From Planctomycetota bacterium (GTDB taxonomy: Bacteria; Planctomycetota; UBA11346): a DNA stretch of 52,831 bases. Shown here piece after piece: positions 48,461 through 52,831 of the stretch. Location of the stretch: positions 1 through 52,831 of the forward strand of contig JBBQSO010000031.1 in assembly GCA_038213805.1 (NCBI GenBank), given 5' to 3'. The stretch's first letter is position 1, and each line of letters opens with the position of its first letter. The notes beneath the pieces were generated by a model. The model ran no database searches, was not told the origin of the DNA, and saw only the letters and a program-made list of their open reading frames with translations. Position numbers and translations under genes: made by a program.

Positions 48461-48543
48461 CCGCGAGTCTCGCGCTTAGGGTCTACTCATTACCCACAAT
48501 TCTGCTTCGGCCGGGAACCACAGGCCGGAAGGCCGTCTGCCGT

Positions 48544-48816
48544 GAGCGCCAACGGCGCGACCAGACGGGCAGCCCAGGGCGAAGCCCTGGGTTCATGGGA
48601 ATACATGATGCTCGAGCCCTGAAAGGGCGGCCAATGGTACCCTGCCAGTCCGGTGCTGTGACCGCGTGCCTTTCCTGCGCCGAGAATGCGCTCGTGCGCG
48701 ATCCTCCTGCGCTGACGCCGATCGATAGGAACCGCCCCTTCAGGGCTCATAATCATTTTTCTGCACTACCCAGGGCTTCGCCCTGGGCTGGTTCTCTGGC
48801 CGCGCCGTTGGCGCTC
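48544..48816. mobile_element. Non-autonomous nested-palindrome element (REPIN/MITE-like)
   Basis: 49-bp outer inverted arms 48544-48592 / 48768-48816 containing CCCAGGGCGAAGCCCTGGG; inner arms 48615-48630 / 48732-48747. Confidence 0.75.
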
Positions 48817-48883
48817 TGGACAGACAGCCGACCTGTTCCGCGATCTTTTGCAGGTCTGCTGACTTGTGGGTAATGAATAGGGT

Positions 48884-50497
<1,614 letters not shown>

Positions 50498-50636
50498 GTG
50501 GGCTCTCTAAAATTCTCACCTACTCGCTGAAATTAGCAATTTGCGATCGGGTGGCTTGTGGGACTGGATTCGAGGGCGATCCGTTACTCATTGTATCGCA
50601 GTATTTTAGATATTTTTCTTGGGAATGGACGTGGTC

Positions 50637-50652
50637 TGGCACGAGCAGCGCA
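50637..50652 (+). promoter_or_regulatory. Sigma54 (-24/-12) promoter of the rtcB operon
   Basis: TGGCACG-AGCA-GCGCA with canonical GG/GC spacing, preceded by an AT-rich tract 50585-50622; divergent from rtcR. Confidence 0.75.
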
Positions 50653-50730
50653 AACAACCCTCCATCTCTGCTCGTCCTGACCACTCCCTGCATCACTACC
50701 CTCCACCCCCCTCACCCCTGCGGACCAGTC

Positions 50731-51369
50731 ATGCGCCCCGACATGTCCAAGCTCCTCGTCGAACGCGGGCACGCCGGCACCTCCTGGTCGCGCCGCGCGC
50801 AGAGCGGCCGTCCGCAGCAGGTCCGCTTCCGCAACCCCGAGGACGACCAGCTCGAGTCCTGGGTCCCGCCGCGCCACCAGCCGCAGTTCAGCGAGAACCT
50901 CAATCCGCTGCGTCGCTACCTCTCCGCCCAGGTGGGACGGCCCTGGGACAAGGTCTACGCCGAGATCCGCAGCCGCATCGACACCAGCAACGCGGTGCAG
51001 TACCACATCCTCCAGCACCTCTACGACCGCTTGGCCGTGAAGGTCTGGGAAGACGACCAGGGTCGCCTCTGCCATCAGCCCCGCTACGGGCACCCCGAAC
51101 CCCTCTCGGCGCGGTGGAGCCGCATCCAGCTCTACGTCTGCCCGCGCAGCGGCCTGCTGCGCCGGGTCAAACGGCGCACCCGCGCCGAGCCCGTGGCGGC
51201 GCCCACCAGCCTGCCGGCCAGCGGCCCCGAGCACGACTACCAGCTGCTCGCCGGGCAGTGGTACGAGGCCTGGTGGGGGCGCTGCCCGCTCCAGCCGTGC
51301 AAACGCATCATCCTGCGCAAGCGCCAGCTCGCGCGCCGCGAACTGCGCGATCTCGGCCTACGCGATTGA
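50731..51369 (+). CDS. Uncharacterised basic protein, first gene of the rtcB operon
   Basis: MRPDMSKLLVER...FSENLNPLRRYL..QVGRPWDKVYAEI...HILQHL; codon bias; 30 nt from rtcB. Confidence 0.85.
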   Translation: MRPDMSKLLVERGHAGTSWSRRAQSGRPQQVRFRNPEDDQLESWVPPRHQPQFSENLNPLRRYLSAQVGRPWDKVYAEIRSRIDTSNAVQYHILQHLYDRLAVKVWEDDQGRLCHQPRYGHPEPLSARWSRIQLYVCPRSGLLRRVKRRTRAEPVAAPTSLPASGPEHDYQLLAGQWYEAWWGRCPLQPCKRIILRKRQLARRELRDLGLRD

Positions 51370-51399
51370 AGCCCCGTCTGCGAAACCGAAAGTGACCAC

Positions 51400-52632
51400 A
51401 TGAACGACGCCAACTACAACCTCATCACCGCCACCGGCGCCGCGCCGATCAAGGCGTGGACCCGCGGCGTCGCCATCGAGGCCGAAGCCGAGCGCCAGTT
51501 GCACAACGTCGCGCGCATGCCCTTCATCCACCACCACGTGGCGGTGATGCCGGACGTGCACTACGGCATCGGCGCGACCGTCGGCTCGGTGATCCCGACC
51601 GTCGGCGCGATCATCCCGGCCGCGGTCGGCGTGGACATCGGTTGCGGCATGTGCGCGGCGCGCACCAGCCTGCTCGCCAAGGACCTGCCGGAATCGCTGA
51701 AGGCCGTGCGCAGCGCGATCGAGAACGCCGTGCCGCACGGCCGCACCGACAACGGCGGGGCCAACGACCGCGGCGCCTGGCACGACGTGCCGGTGCGCGT
51801 GCAGAACCTGTGGAAGGAGCACCTCGCCGCGGGCTACGCGCGCATCGGCGCGAAGTATCCGCGTCTCGAGCGCGGCAACGGCCTCAACCACCTCGGCTCG
51901 CTGGGCACTGGCAACCACTTCATCGAAGTGTGCCTCGATGAGGAGCAGCGCGTGTGGTTCCTGCTGCACTCCGGCTCGCGCGGGGTCGGCAACCGCTTCG
52001 GCCAGTTCTTCATCGAGCTGGCCAAGCAGGACATGCGCAAGCACCGCGTCAACCTGCCGGACGAGGACCTCGCCTACTTGGCCGAGGGCACGGAGAAGTT
52101 CGACGACTACGTCGAGGCGGTGGAGTGGGCGCAGACCTACGCGCGCCTCAACCGCCAGGTGATGATGGAAAACGTGGTCGCGGCCGTGGCCGCGGTCCCG
52201 GGATTCCCGCGCTTCGCGGCCAGCGTCGAGGCGGTGAACTGCCACCACAACTACGTGGCGCGCGAGCACCACTTCGGCAAGGACTGCCTGGTCACGCGCA
52301 AGGGCGCGGTGCGCGCCGGCCTCGGCGAGCTGGGCATCATCCCCGGCTCGATGGGCGCGCGCAGCTTCATCGTGCGCGGCAAGGGCAACCCCGAGTCGTT
52401 CTCGTCGTGCAGCCACGGCGCCGGCCGCGCGATGTCGCGCACCAAGGCCAAGAAGCTGTTCACCCTCGCCGACCACGCCAAGGCCACGGAAGGCGTGGAA
52501 TGCCGCAAGGACAGCGACGTGATCGACGAGACGCCGATGGCCTACAAGGACATCGACGCGGTCATGGCTGCCCAGGCCGACCTGGTCGATATCGTCCACA
52601 CCTTACGGCAGGTAGTGTGCGTGAAGGGCTAG
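51400..52632 (+). CDS. rtcB: RNA ligase RtcB
   Basis: MPDVHYG, VGVDIGCG, GTGNHFIE, HSGSRG, CHHNY, HGAGR, DETPMAYK. Confidence 0.97.
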   Translation: MNDANYNLITATGAAPIKAWTRGVAIEAEAERQLHNVARMPFIHHHVAVMPDVHYGIGATVGSVIPTVGAIIPAAVGVDIGCGMCAARTSLLAKDLPESLKAVRSAIENAVPHGRTDNGGANDRGAWHDVPVRVQNLWKEHLAAGYARIGAKYPRLERGNGLNHLGSLGTGNHFIEVCLDEEQRVWFLLHSGSRGVGNRFGQFFIELAKQDMRKHRVNLPDEDLAYLAEGTEKFDDYVEAVEWAQTYARLNRQVMMENVVAAVAAVPGFPRFAASVEAVNCHHNYVAREHHFGKDCLVTRKGAVRAGLGELGIIPGSMGARSFIVRGKGNPESFSSCSHGAGRAMSRTKAKKLFTLADHAKATEGVECRKDSDVIDETPMAYKDIDAVMAAQADLVDIVHTLRQVVCVKG

Positions 52633-52641
52633 ATGAAGAGG

Positions 52642-52671
52642 AAGGCGGCGGAGGCGACTCCGCCGCCTTTT
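52642..52671 (+). terminator. Intrinsic terminator after rtcB
   Basis: AAGGCGGCGGAG-gcga-CTCCGCCGCCTT-TT. Confidence 0.8.
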
Positions 52672-52717
52672 CCCCTCCGACTGCTAAACCCCGCCGGTCA
52701 CCAGCATCGACTTCAGG

Positions 52718-52831
52718 TCAAGCCGCGTCCAACGTCTTGCGCACCAGATCGGGGGCCTGGTCGATCACCCGCAGGTAGGCCTCCAGCACCGGATCGCCCG
52801 TGCCGCCTTCCAGGTCCCGCAATCGCTCCGG
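52718..52831 (-). CDS. C-terminal end of an XRE/HigA-like HTH protein (partial; not in ORF track)
   Basis: Translates PERLRDLEGGTGDPVLEAYLRVIDQAPDLVRKTLDAA*, resembling the LRDWEQG...AYLRVI..P..V...L tail of HigA-type proteins. Confidence 0.55.
   Translation of the reverse strand, partial: PERLRDLEGGTGDPVLEAYLRVIDQAPDLVRKTLDAA

Noticed and set aside
50653..50730. Y-RNA or tRNA-like RNA in the rtc leader
   Set aside because: Short C-rich tract with no T-loop motif or pairing stems

Overview
High-GC (roughly 70% by eye) bacterial chromosomal segment. Gene content (PVC-type dehydrogenase and CxxCH proteins, DUF1080, DUF1501/DUF1800, ECF sigma factor with a long C-terminal extension) points to Planctomycetota or another PVC lineage; this is inference. 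In order: comEC; a GntR/LacI-regulated GH32 + sugar-porter locus; an ECF-sigma/NPCBM cluster with a split dehydrogenase/cytochrome c pair; a PilGHI/Xap-like ABC module interleaved with ribF, udg and a large TPR gene; metallophosphoesterase, trpF and a cmk-cupin fusion; a CE2-like esterase; an ECF/anti-sigma/DUF1800/DUF1501 operon; tRNA-Ser(CGA); MoxR-DUF58-transglutaminase; mnmA, thrB, tpx, miaA, serC; and an RtcR/sigma54 RNA-repair locus in which an uncharacterised gene precedes rtcB. Intergenic DNA is rich in 7-mer and 8-mer tandem arrays, REP-like doublets and a 243-bp tandem duplication. No CRISPR array, integrase or transposase was seen. Family assignments come from motif recognition, not database searches.
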